Positions 37,097 to 49,640 are shown, counted from the stretch's first letter. The stretch is DNA of 64,000 bases from Nemertoderma westbladi (GCA_032718475.1 JAUCBJ010003667.1:1-64000), one strand, 5' to 3'. The notes: generated by a model not told the origin, from the letters alone. Program-made: numbers and translations.

Positions 37097-37920
37097 TGTC
37101 GGTGTCGGTCGACCCTGTTGCGTGTCCGTCCCACCCTTCCCAAACCCCGAAGGGATCGGTCATCAGGCAAGCGGTACAGCTTGGCTAAGGGTCGGTCAAG
37201 TCGGTAGACCCGGTTGCGTGTCTGTCCCACCCTTCCCAAACCCCGAAGGGATCGGTCATCAGGAAAGCGGTACGGCTTGGCTAGGGGTCTGTCGTGTCGG
37301 TGGACCCGTTTGCATGTCCGTCCCACCCTTCCCGAACCCCGAAGGGATCGGTCATCAGGAAAGCGGTACGGCTTGGCTACGGGTCCGTCGGTTCATCACA
37401 GGGACCCAACCACCTAAGCTTTCCGAGTCCTTATTCAGGCTCGTAGTCGCTTCGGTAGCCGAGAAGCTGCTCCGAACAGTCGGTAGGCCAGTGGAGTCCG
37501 GTCCTTTGTCTTTCGACCCTGTTGCGTGTCCGTCCCGCCCTTCCCAAACCCCGAAGGGATCGGTCATCAGGAAAGCGGTACGGCTTGGTAAGGGGTCTGT
37601 CAGCCCGTCGTGAGCCCCAACGGTTGGTGGTTTTCCGAGTCCTTATTCAGGCTCGTACTAACGCCGGTCGTGGAACCCACTCCAGGAAGGCAGTCCTCGT
37701 TGAACCCTTCCTCCGTTAGTCAGTCGACCCGTCGCAAGTCCCTGGCGTATGTCGGCAGGCTTTCCGAGTCCTTATTCAGGCTCGTACTAACTGCCGGCGA
37801 CCAGGGACCGCTAAAGGTCTGTCTGTCGGTTCCCGTCGCAAATCCCTGACACAAGCAGCAGACTTTCCGAGTCCTTATTCAGGCTCGTAATAACTGCTGT
37901 TGGCCAGGGACCGCTAAGGG
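37097..37920 (-). repeat. Interleaved GC-rich repeats: four ~90-bp hairpin units and four TTTCCGAGTCCTTATTCAGGCTCGTA units
   Basis: Hairpin units near 37111, 37207, 37303 and 37515; second motif near 37420, 37632, 37761 and 37864. Confidence 0.9.
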
Positions 37921-38224
37921 CAGTCCTTGTCCTTTAGACCTAGCGAGTTACCAAATCCACCTCTACAGGCAGCAGGAAGTTGGCTAGGCCTAATAGTAAT
38001 CAGGGAAACCTGAATACTGCTTAACTTTGCCTCCCACCCCTGGCCCTTAAATACATGAAATGAGTCCCGTACCCCGTAAGTCGCCCCAATATTCGCCCAT
38101 AAATCGCCCCCAGTCCATTGAATGTGCCCAAATCCCATGTTCCCGCACCCAGTAGTGATATCGGAATATTCATTTAAAATAAATCCAAAAAATATTCAAC
38201 TCGCGTTAAGAAAAGTTGAAATAC

Positions 38225-41203
38225 CGCAAACAACCGAGAATAGGATCGGTTGCAGGGTCGGCTGTCAGATCCCTCTGAGGTCGACACATTAACTCCAAAC
38301 TCATCAGTGTCAAGTGCTGATTTTCGTGTTGACTTTCAAATGCCATGTCCGAATCCTTTTGATTGGCAAACTTACACCCAAACAGGTTATCTGGGGTGTT
38401 TTGTATTCCTGATGTGTCAGTTTTTCGCTTAGGTTTTGGAGTCGCTTGCATCTCACGTTGCCGTTGCAGTTGGTTAACCAGAATATGTAGCAATGAGTTT
38501 CGATCTCGTCTCTTCACCAGCTGAGTGAATGATCCGCCATCATGAGTGGATAGCGGGGTAATACCATCAACTACACCATGTAAATGTGCCAATCCATTGT
38601 TACCAGGTGTACTACAGCTCTGGGACTGCAGGAAGGCTTTGGAAGGATGTAAAAAACTTTCCGATAAGTCATAAAATGTGTCATCATGAGTGTTGCATAT
38701 TAGTGAATTATTGTTAGATGGCGTATTAGATAAATGATGACTCACTGGATTGTAAGAGAAGGGATTAGAGGGAGATAAACTTATTGAGTTGTTGGATAAT
38801 GGATTAGAAGATGGTAAACTAATTGGAGGACTTACTAAATTACTAGATAATGAATGAGTTATTGGAATATTAGACAAAGGATTGGATGAAGAATGACTTA
38901 TTGAATTGTTGGATAACAGATTGGACAAAGTTCGACTTATTGTATTATTAGACAACGGGTTGGAAGATGGTATATTTGTAGGAAGTTGACCACAAGTTAG
39001 AGGAGAATCAGAACCTTCATAACTCGAGAACAAATCCCCACCAGTTGTGTTATTGAATGACGGCTTATTTTCATCTACTTTGCCAGCTGGTGTGTTACAA
39101 GCCATTTCGCTTTGACTTTGAGTGACACCTGTTGTCTTACACATGTTACTCTGAGTGACAGCTGGTGTGCTACACGTGATACCTTGAGTAACTCCCTTTG
39201 AATTTTTGCAATCCAACATTATCTTGTTGAACACCCACGCATAAACTGTTGAATATGACGGTGGAGGTTCAATGGGTGATATAATAGTGACATCATGAGA
39301 GTTTATATGAGTGGTAGGAAACTCTTCGGGATTTTCCCTTAATGGTGGTGGGAAAACTGGTTCGATAATAATGACCTCGTTAATGTTATTATCATTGTCG
39401 TTTGTCATAATTAGCTGTTACAAAACTTAAATTATAAATGATTTATGAAGGTAAAGTGATTGTGTTAGAAATTATATCCTGCTGTATCCTCATTTCTTAC
39501 CATCAGTTAGGAACTTCTACTTTTTGAAGATTTTATGAAAAATCTTTAACAATAAATGTCTATTCTCAAAAGGCGCAGGATATCGACGTCAATTGAAATA
39601 AATATAATTAATAAAATACACAAAATCTCTTAAATGTATAAAATATTATTATAAATACAAAAGTATATAAATATTAAAAGGACTTGTTTCACAACTCAAT
39701 GATTAGGCCTATTATAAATTCATTAATTTATGAAATTCTAAAATTAAAATTAAAATACAATACAATTATTAATATAATTATTTATTAATAATGTAATAAG
39801 ATAATAATTGATTCATTTTAAATACACGAATATTAATTAACATTGGTTTATTTCATATGAATCAATTATTATCTTAATACATTAGTATAATAATAATAAT
39901 ATATACCGGTACATATCATTGCAGGTGGATATTTGCTGAGATTATTTGATAGTTTTGTAGGAATTGACTTGATTACTATTAAATTAAGAGTAACTGTAAT
40001 GAAAAAAAAGTATTTGCAATAAATTTAATCCCATATTTAAATTTAAATTTATTTCAAATTATTTTATAATTTAATATAATATTATTATGATATAAAAATC
40101 ATTCAGACACTAATATCTGACTCATTTCCATAACTTCGTCATCAACATTTATATCAGTATCAAGAGGATCACAACCCAAAATAGAATCTTTATCAATATT
40201 ATAATTCAGATAAACCAACATCGATAGCTTCTGGCTCCTCATCTAAGCCGCCGACACTAATTATATTGTTACTTAGATCAGCAGTTTCATTAAACTCATC
40301 TAGATGCAAATCTAACTGACTACACACCGTCCACGCCAATTCGCTTTCGGTGACGTCACTTCCGCTAAGAGGGGAAGTCAGTTCAGAGTTCTCAAACATT
40401 AAAGGGCTAGTTAAAGTGGAGTCTTTCTTTAGCAGAACGTCGATAAAGCTATCGAATACATCATTGCGGTTTTCTGTAGGAAGTTTTCTTACAAAAAATT
40501 ATCAAGATCTTGTCGATAAGGGGAGTCGATCTGTGATGGTTTCCCAGCCAACCGAAGTCTATAGCCTTCTCCTCCTCCCAGAGGTAAGCCAACCCAGGAA
40601 TCATTCCTCCACCCTCCACTGCCTCCCTGTTCAATATATCATATATCATATCATATTCGTACTGTCATACCGTATAAATTAAAATCAATAAAAAATTGCA
40701 ACAAAAATGGAATGTGCGATTCGTGGGGTTGAAACTGCATCCCCATGACTAGGCTACTCCAGACAGCCAGATAACAACACCTCTGCAAGTTTACCTATAA
40801 GAGTTGGCCGGTATAAATAAATCTTAAGGAATCTGGTCTCCCCACTGTGGTAGCCGTAGAACGGAGTTCCAGCAACTCGAGTTATCTTGAAAACGTGTTG
40901 GGTAGGTGTGCCGCAATCAGAGCTCCTACCGAGGGCGACATCCATGGATTTATCGACGGCGTCAGCGAACTGGTTGAGATCGATGTCTCGCGAGTACACG
41001 GTGTAGAGATACGGGAAGACGCCATGTACGTGAAGGCAGGTCTTTGAACCGGTCAGCCGGTTGCCGACGGACCGAATATTCGTATAATGGGAACTTTAGC
41101 AACGCGGCCGCATCTGAATTCGGATGTAACAACGTCTAGGCCAGGTACCAGGAGATGGAATGTCCAAGCAGAAATCGGCGTCGACAATACGCATAGAAAA
41201 CAT
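38225..41203 (-). pseudogene. REV3L: DNA polymerase zeta catalytic subunit, disrupted and 3'-truncated copy
   Basis: MFSMRIVDADF, KVPIIRIFG, KTCLHVHGVFPYLY, PFYGYH...FLKIYLY, QPHESHIPFLLQFFIDFNLYGM, DILNR...PGLAYLWEEEK; then NLFGCKF...QHLTLMSLEL..R..RDL.ADP..DPI (start of the exonuclease-like domain). Multiple frameshifts; no polymerase domain. Confidence 0.9.
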
Positions 41204-41277
41204 TATCAGCTCAGTCTGTCAGTCAGTTCCGCAGTTACCGGTACGGCAGTACGGTAGCCTATCGTATATGCCAGATC

Positions 41278-41787
41278 CAGACTGGAATCCATACACTTTG
41301 CGCCGGATTAATCCGGCGCACTTTACAATAAAAGCGCGCCAATGTGGCGCATGGCGCGCTCGAAAATCGTAAAGTGCGCCGGCTTTGGCACGTGGCGCTC
41401 CCAAAAATAAAAACCGGCGCCAATTTGTTGGTTAAACAATTACGGAAGTGCCTTAAAAATTGCATTAGCTGTTAAAAAATTTCGGCTCGCTTCGCTCGCC
41501 TTTCTTTTTTCTGTTGTATGGTTACTGGTACTGCTGAACAGGGACATGTACAGCTCTACAGCAGTACCGGTACTGACATTGGCCATTGCCATTGGCAGAC
41601 TGGTCAGCTGGTTACACTCCTTCAAAATTGCCTTGGCGCGGCGCTCTTCAAAATTGTTTCAAATGTGCGGAACGCTTAAAAATTTCGTTGGCGCAGGGTT
41701 TGCTTTGAAATTGCATCGGCGCGTGGCGCGCATAAAAATTGGTTGGCGCGCTATCCGGCGCACTTTTTGGATGGATTCCATACAGGT
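41278..41787. mobile_element. MITE-like element (~510 bp) just upstream of REV3L
   Basis: Inverted TGGAATCCAT / ATGGATTCCA ends, GCGCC-rich subterminal repeats and imperfect GCCAGAT flanks. Confidence 0.55.
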
Positions 41788-43719
41788 GCCAGATGCGTAG
41801 CGTATGCCTCCATTACCGATTACAGATAATACCGGACCGGTACTGTCTGACTGTGTACACTGCAGCACTGGTAGACCTACAGCATTAAAGTTCTGAAGTT
41901 GCTTGCAGTCGCAGTGTCAGAGCAGAGTGTCACAGTGTTACCTACATCAGTACATTGCTGCTGTGCTAGTGCTGGGCCGGTAGCCTTCGCTTACTGGGTA
42001 CGGTACTGACTTAGGCCTACAGCCAGACAGCCTTAGCCTAGCCCCTAGCCTGCTAGCTGCCTAGGCAGCTAGGCCAGGGCCAGCCGCCTCCGCCTATACA
42101 GCTAGGCCTATATGGAATATTGACAAACAGTGCGCCACAGGCGCACAAGGGTTGTGCCCGTTGTGGTTAAACGAAAAGCGCACCAGCCCCAGCCATGACA
42201 TCCAATGCGCGCCAACCATATTCTGTCATTGAAATCTTCATTGATCGAAAGGATACATGCTGACATGACCGAACGTAATCAGCTGATCGAACATAACCGC
42301 AATTATGTTACATTGGATCCTATAACTACGAAATATGTTACATTCGATCTACAAATTACTAAGCCCGAATGTAACATTGCCATTTAAAGGGTCCGACGAA
42401 TCTGTACAAAAAAGTACAAAAAAATACAAAATAGTACAATATAGCAGTATAGTACAAAAGAATACAAAAGAGTACAATAAAGTGCAAAAATAGTAAAAAA
42501 GAGTGCAAAAATAGTACAAAAGAGTACAAACGAGTGAGAAACGCTTTGCATAACATGTATCTAAGTGTAGTTCAAATCGTGTAGAGGGGCGCACTCGCGC
42601 ACATGATGTGGAAAATAAAACAAAGCATTGTTTGATTGTGGGGCGAGCCACGCATTGAGAGAGGGGCTGATCCTAGCTGTCTAGCAGTCAGAGAGTATGA
42701 CAATACAATCTTAGGCCTGAGTTTTAATGCAGCTTTTTGTGTTCGAAAAACACAAAAAACGGCTCCAATTGCTCGAAAAATTGCAGTGGGAGATCTCACA
42801 GTCTCACTAAGGTTGCAAATAGACAGATAAAGGCATACTTACATAGCCTAAATAAAGTAGCATACACAGTCTATCCTTCAGTATATGGGCTACCTTAAGA
42901 CTATGACCTAAATTTTGAGTCTCAGGTATAGGCAGATAGGAGTTTATATCTACCCACTGCCCCTATTGAAAAGTTTTACATGTACGCCGAGCACGTTCGG
43001 CGCAGCACTAGAACTTGCGCCGGGAGCTGGCGCAGAAATGTGCTACGCCGGGCAATGAGCCGGAAGGGTCGGCGCAGAGATGTGCTACGCCGGCGTAGCC
43101 GGCGGAGCACTGCCAATGGTAGAGATGCTGCGCTCGGCGCAGCAGGCGTCGAAATATTCCCGGCGTCGACGCTGCAGAAATTGACCCGGCGCCGGAGCAG
43201 GAATCAGCCCAGCACACCCGGCGTACATATTTGCCTGGCGCAGAAATCAGCCGAACCTAGCACCAGGCAGACAGTGAGACTGAGACAACAGACATGCGTT
43301 CATCAGACCAACAGCACAGCAACACAATAACAACTGGCATTGCAGGAGGGAGAAAGGAAACTCACACTGCAGCACTGGCTGACTGCAACTGGTCATTTAT
43401 TTACGTATTTAACCTTACAGCCTTATGCTGTTATGCAGTAGGCAGGTAGGCTATCACAGTTCCAGCTATCAGCTGATCAGTCATTATTGGTATTGCTATT
43501 GGTCATAGTCAGATTATTTATTTTACATAATATTGCTGTATTGTATAAGCTATATTTATATTATATTATATTATTTGGATGGAGACACCGCTGTCATAGA
43601 AGCGTATAAATAAAACTGCACATATAATAAAACAGGCAGACAGAATGAAGTTGAATAGTGAATAAAACAAAACGACTTATACTATGGCACTATTGATAAT
43701 GAAACAATTTATTACCGAC

Positions 43720-44450
43720 ACACATGTGTAACCATTGGAAATTGAGTTCAATGACTCCAAGTGCAAGGTCATGCATGCATCTAGGTTCTAGAAATCCCCA
43801 AGCAACTTTTTACACAATGAATGGACGGACACTTTTATCGGCAACCGAGGAACGTGATTTTGGAATTACATTTACACCAGACTTGTCCTTCACAGCATCA
43901 CAGCTCACTGCACAAAGACTGCAGCCCGCTCCATGCGAGTCGTACATTTAATACGAAGAACTTTTACATATTTGGAAGCTCCGATGTTTACCCTCTGACC
44001 CTGTTATACAAATCCCTTGTTCGGCCTCTCCTTGAATACGACACAGTTGTTTGTTCGCCATTCCTCCGACATGATAAATATTGAACGTCTTGAACAAGTA
44101 CAACACCGTGTGGTCACTCGCCTTGTACAGTTGTACTATCGCTGGCTGAGTTGTCATATGAAAACCGACTACTTGCACTCAAACTACCGACATTAATATA
44201 TTGCCGTGTACTAGCCGACCTTATAACAACATACAAGTTTATCAACGGGATTAACAAAATTGAGCGAAGTAATTTCTTCCAGTTTCGTTCCTAACTCCAC
44301 CAATGCTAACACGCAACAACTTTGCAGACACCGTTGTAAACATTTGGAATCCTTTACCATTACCGGAAAGTGTTGTTAATGCACGTAATACCCTTGGTAC
44401 TCAATGATTGAGCATATTCAAAAAAAGACTAGACTGCGAAATGTCCCTTA
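43720..44450 (+). mobile_element. CR1-like LINE 3' fragment, decayed
   Basis: KCKVMH, YTMNG...EERDFGI, LYKSLVRPLLEY, LEQVQ. Confidence 0.8.
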
Positions 44451-45100
44451 AAATGAATATATAGTGATACTCCTGTGCCCCAAGTGGCAGTAGCGAAAGC
44501 GAAAACGATTTCTTTATTAAAATCTAGCTACAGTACCTATTTTTTTTTTTTTTTTTAAATATAGTTTTTTATGTTTAATTGTTTTCCTATCTTTTGTAGT
44601 TACTTTACTTTGCGCGTTTTATTTCTACAGTAATATTTTACTTATGCGACATACGGTACTACTGTACAGTACAGTGTACCTGCGGTACCAAATTTATGTT
44701 CCGTATAACTACGTATTGTTGTGTTGTATCCTATAGTGTATTGTAAACTTGTCCTTATTAATATGTTTGCCTTTAGTACTGTATGTTGTTGAAGCCCTTG
44801 AACCTACTGTAAGTATGCTTTGCCGGTTTTTAATTTAATTTTAGTGTAATTTCATTTTTTTTTATAATTATTATGCACCAACTGTACTGTAAGTACTGTA
44901 AATAAACTATAATTTTAAATATTTTACTAATTTTACCTGAATACCATTATCCGTATTTTTAGTACAATAGTACATACGCTTATTAGCGTACTTTGCCAGA
45001 TGTGTTCATTTTATTTTAATCTACTGTACGTGTACGTACATGTGCAAAAATTAATATTATATTGTTATTCTGGCGATATTAATAACATAACATATATACA

Positions 45101-47382
45101 CGAAGTGGGGCCTTCGCGCAGCACGTGAAATGAGTTAATGCTAAGTATCAACTCGAAAGGATTATAAAAACATAGGAGAAGATTTTCCCGGAAAACGTTA
45201 ACCCTCTAGCGGGAGACTGGGTAACTGAAGAAGGAAGGATTAGTTTCCCTACAAAGCCACAGCCTATGGTCTATTACATATCTACCAAGTTTCCGATTGA
45301 CGGATCATAAATAACGAAATGTTGGAAGGTTTTCACTTTCATACATTTAGCCCTCTAGCGGCATATTAAAGAACTACGGATCGATCACCTTCCTCACAAA
45401 GACGAGGCATGTGGTCTAGTACATACCGGTACTGTATATTCCAAAATTCAGCTTAAATAGATTAAGATCAAGGAATTCGCAAAGGTTATCACTTTCCTAC
45501 ATTTCGCCCTCTAGCGGCAGACTCGAAAACTCCGGACCGATTACTGTCCACACAAAGACTTAGGATGTCTTCTAGTACATATATGACAAGTTTCAGCGTA
45601 ATCAGATCATAAACAACTAAATGGAAGAATAATTTCACATTCGGGACATTTCGCCCTCTAGCGGCAGACTGGAGAACTGCAGACAGATTAGCCTCCTTTG
45701 AAATTTACAGCTAATGGTCTAGTACATACTTCCCAAGTTTCAGCTTAAACGGATTAAAAGCAAAGAAATGGGTGGCCATTTAATGTTTAGACATGTGGCC
45801 CTCTAGCGGGAGACTGGAAAACTTCGGACCGATTACAATCCACACAAAGACTCAGGATGTCATCTAGTACATATATGACAAGTTTCAGCGTAATCAGATC
45901 ATAAACAACTAAATGGAAGAATAATTTCACATTCGGGACATTTCGCCCTCTAGCGGCAGACTGGAGAACTGCAGACAGATTAGCCTCCTTTGAAATTTAC
46001 AGCTAATGGTCTAGTACATACTTCCCAAGTTTCAGCTTAAACGGATTAAAAGCAAAGAAATGGGTGGCCATTTAATGTTTAGACATGTGGCCCTCTAGCG
46101 GGAGACCATTGCACTGATGGTGTCTGAAAGTCTCTCAAAAATCTCAACTTTTGCTTATATTGATACCTACAAATTTTCAACTTGGCAGCTTTAAATCCGA
46201 CAAAGTTATTAGCATGTCAAAATCGTAACGACGACGACAACGACGACGACGACAACGACGACGACGACAACGACGACGACGACGACGACGACAACTATTT
46301 GCATAAATTGACCCACCCCCTAACAGTGTCAATTCGCTAAGGCTCCGCCAACTTCGTGGCTCGCCCCAAGCGGCATATTAAAGAACTACGGATCGATCAC
46401 CTTCCTCACAAAGACGAGGCATGTGGTCTAGTACATACCGGTACTGTATATTCCAAAATTCAGCTTAAATAGATTAAGATCAAGGAATTCGCAAAGGTTA
46501 TCACTTTCCTACATTTCGCCCTCTAGCGGCAGACTCGAAAACTCCGGACCGATTACTGTCCACACAAAGACTTAGGATGTCTTCTAGTACATATATGACA
46601 AGTTTCAGCGTAATCAGATCATAAACAACTAAATGGAAGAATAATTTCACATTCGGGACATTTCGCCCTCTAGCGGCAGACTGGAGAACTGCAGACAGAT
46701 TAGCCTCCTTTGAAATTTACAGCTAATGGTCTAGTACATACTTCCCAAGTTTCAGCTTAAACGGATTAAAAGCAAAGAAATGGGTGGCCATTTAATGTTT
46801 AGACATGTGGCCCTCTAGCGGGAGACTGGAAAACTTCGGACCGATTACAATCCACACAAAGACTCAGGATGTCATCTAGTACATATATGACAAGTTTCAG
46901 CGTAATCAGATCATAAACAACTAAATGGAAGAATAATTTCACATTCGGGACATTTCGCCCTCTAGCGGCAGACTGGAGAACTGCAGACAGATTAGCCTCC
47001 TTTGAAATTTACAGCTAATGGTCTAGTACATACTTCCCAAGTTTCAGCTTAAACGGATTAAAAGCAAAGAAATGGGTGGCCATTTAATGTTTAGACATGT
47101 GGCCCTCTAGCGGGAGACCATTGCACTGATGGTGTCTGAAAGTCTCTCAAAAATCTCAACTTTTGCTTATATTGATACCTACAAATTTTCAACTTGGCAG
47201 CTTTAAATCCGACAAAGTTATTAGCATGTCAAAATCGTAACGACGACGACAACGACGACGACGACAACGACGACGACGACAACGACGACGACGACGACGA
47301 CGACAACTATTTGCATAAATTGACCCACCCCCTAACAGTGTCAATTCGCTAAGGCTCCGCCAACTTCGTGGCTCGCCCCACA
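45101..47382 (+). mobile_element. HINE/Helitron-like element, copy B: ~146-bp core repeats + GAC/AAC microsatellite; 3' 1012 bp tandemly duplicated
   Basis: Shared termini GTGGGGCCTTCGCGCAGCACG and CGTGGCTCGCCCCACA; CCCTCTAGCGG-marked cores; 45357-46368 repeated at 46369-47380. Confidence 0.8.
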
Positions 47383-49004
47383 GCTAGTCATTATTCATTC
47401 AGACATACCGTATCTGTAGCATAGACGTATACCAGACCACAGTACGTCTGTACGTAGTATGTAATAAAGTAGAACGTAGTACATAAATACAAGGACTAGG
47501 CCTACACTGAAGTAGTCTTTAATATTCTTTCTATAATTCATATTGTAACATTTGAGTAATTTCAAAAAATGTACACTTTACTTGACAACAAAAATTTACA
47601 TGCAGTGTTTCTTAAGTAGTTGTTTCGTAATGTTACACTTTTGGAATAAAACAACGTACCTACTGTACTTGTTGCATTTGTCTTTATTAAGGTTTTCCGT
47701 CTCTGTATCCTTATTTTCATTTCACCCACCCACAACTTTCGTTCGTTTACAGGTTTAAGTAAACTCGGATTTGTGCAGCTGCAGTATTATAGATAACCGA
47801 ATAAACTACAGGTACTGTACAGTATAACAGGCTGATTTTATGTTTTATACCAGTCAGCCCGGTGCGGCTTTGAAGAGCCGGTGGAAGATTTTTCACCCGG
47901 CGCAGAATTTTGCATTGCACAGAGCCGGCGCAGGATTTTTGCACCTGGCATGGGCGTTGGTTTGCACAGAGCCGGCGCAGGATTTTTTGCACCCGGCGTG
48001 GTTTTGCACAGAGCCGGCGCAGGTGGCAGGATTTTTTGCACCCGGCGTGGTTTTGCACAGAGCCGGCGCAGGATTTTTTGCACCCGGCGTGGTTTTGCTC
48101 AGAGCCGGCGCAGGATTTTTGGCACCCGGCGCCGCGTTCGGCGCAGAAAATAAAACTTTTCAATAGGGCCCACTGCATGCTGGCATGTATGTATTGCATT
48201 ATATTGTATTATACGAACAGTAGCCTATCAGTCAAAATCTACATGAATCAAAGTTCTGTCAATCATTTCATACTTGACCACAGAACCAACTGACCAAGGC
48301 CGCTAGTATTGACACTGTCAGACTGTAGCGGCGCATATTTTGGTGCCGTCTGGCCGTTGCATTTGCTTGCAATTAATTATATTTCTGAATACAAGTGTAG
48401 TGTATTGCTGTAGTCAGGTAGTGTATACTACACTGGTATACGCGTTTTGTATGCGTTTCTCACTCGTTTGTACTCTTTTGTACTATTTTTGTACTCTTTT
48501 GTACTATTTTTGCACTTTATTGTACTCTTTTGTACTCTTTTGTACTATATTGTACTATTTTGTATTTTTTTGTACTTTTTTGTACAGATTCGTCGGACTG
48601 CCATTTAAATGAGCAGGTTACAGGAGGCGTGTTGGGGGAACGAAAACAATAAACGAAAAGTTAACAGATGTTACAAGATTATTCAAGTTACCGGTACTTT
48701 TTAGTCGCAATAATTTTTATTGTCCGTTTAAATCCTTTTTTGTCCATTTTTTTTATTTTTTATGTCCTCCAAAAATCTAATGTTAGGTTCCATGCTACCG
48801 CGGTTTCTCTACTGCTGTTCTCTCAGGCTATCAGTACCGGTATTAGTATATATACCACTATTTTGCTGTATTGTATGTACAGAGATGTAGGTATAAAGCA
48901 GGTATTTTTGTATTTTAGTACCGGTACCGGCACCGGTACTGCTGTAGGCCTACTGTGTGTAGCCTACCATTTAAATACGGTACTGGTAGGCCTAACGGCT
49001 GACC

Positions 49005-49640
49005 GGTTGTTTTGGTTAGAAAATCCCGCCTCTGTAACCTGCTCCTTTCCCCCGCCTCTGTAACCTGCTCCTTTCCCTCAATTAGTTAAGTGATCGTTTA
49101 TTGTTTTGGTTAGGAAATCAACGCCTCTGTAACCTGCTCCTTTCTCTCAATTGGTAATGTTATCGTTCATTGTTTTGGTTAGAAAATCCCGTCTCTGTAA
49201 CCTGCTCCTTTCCCTGATTTGGTATAGTGACTGTTTATTGTTTTGGTTAGAAAATCCCGCCTCTGTAACCTGCTCCTTTCCCTCAATTAGTTAAGTGATC
49301 GTTTATTCTTTTGGTTAGGAAATCCCGCCTCTGTAACCTGCTCCTTTCTCTCAATTGGTAATGTTATCGTTTATTGTTTTGGTTAGAAAATCCCGTCTCT
49401 GTAACCGGCTCCTTTCCCTGATTTGGTAAAGTGACTGTTCATTGTTTTGGTTAGAAAATCCCGCCTCTGTAACCTGCTCCTTTCTCTCAATTGGTAATGT
49501 TATCGTTTATTGTTTTGGTTAGAAAATCCCGTCTCTGTAACCTGCTCCTTTCCCTCAATTTGTTAAATGATCGTTTATTGTTTTGGTTAGAAAATCCCGC
49601 AACTGTAACCTGCTCCTTTCTCTCAATTTGTAATGTTATC
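49005..49640. repeat. 68-bp tandem repeat array 1
   Basis: Unit CGTTTATTGTTTTGGTTAGAAAATCCCGCCTCTGTAACCTGCTCCTTTCCCTCAATTAGTTAAGTGAT; one inverted copy at ~48611-48655. Confidence 0.9.

Larger units (their letters stand above)
28400..38200 (-). mobile_element. Bel/Pao LTR retrotransposon 2, RT-less, with 5' and 3' accessory ORFs; boundaries uncertain
   Basis: gag, protease, RNase H tail and integrase in order. PBS-like TGGTACCGAGACTAGGA at 37077-37093. PPT AGAGGGGGAGA at 28580-28590 followed by TGT. Confidence 0.75.
42961..48168. mobile_element. Non-autonomous TIR DNA transposon with 18-bp TIRs and 8-bp TSD; superfamily unassigned
   Basis: TIR CCCTATTGAAAAGTTTTA at both ends; TSD CCCACTGC (42953-42960, 48169-48176); CCGGCGCA subterminal repeats. 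Confidence 0.88.
42389..48598. mobile_element. Non-autonomous Mutator/foldback-like DNA transposon with ~155-bp repetitive TIRs
   Basis: TIRs 42391-42545 and 48452-48598 (GTCCGACGAATCTGTACAAAAAAG..., built from AGTACAAAA repeats). 11-bp direct repeat TGCCATTTAAA at 42378-42388 and 48599-48609. Confidence 0.8.

Noticed and set aside
37111-37605. Canonical hammerhead ribozyme call
   Set aside because: The core reads CUGAUGA...GAAG rather than GAAA and an alternative long hairpin fits well; kept only as a finding.
38206-39408. Independent mucin-like Ser/Asn-rich gene
   Set aside because: Its C-terminus carries REV3 motifs; it is the low-complexity middle region of the REV3L copy.
42349-42651. 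Hydrophobic Phe/Tyr/Cys ORFs (also 48340-48612)
   Set aside because: Translations of the AGTACAAAA repeats in the TIRs.
47747-48293. Overlapping Cys/Arg-rich ORFs
   Set aside because: Artefacts of the CCGGCGCA subterminal repeats of a DNA transposon.
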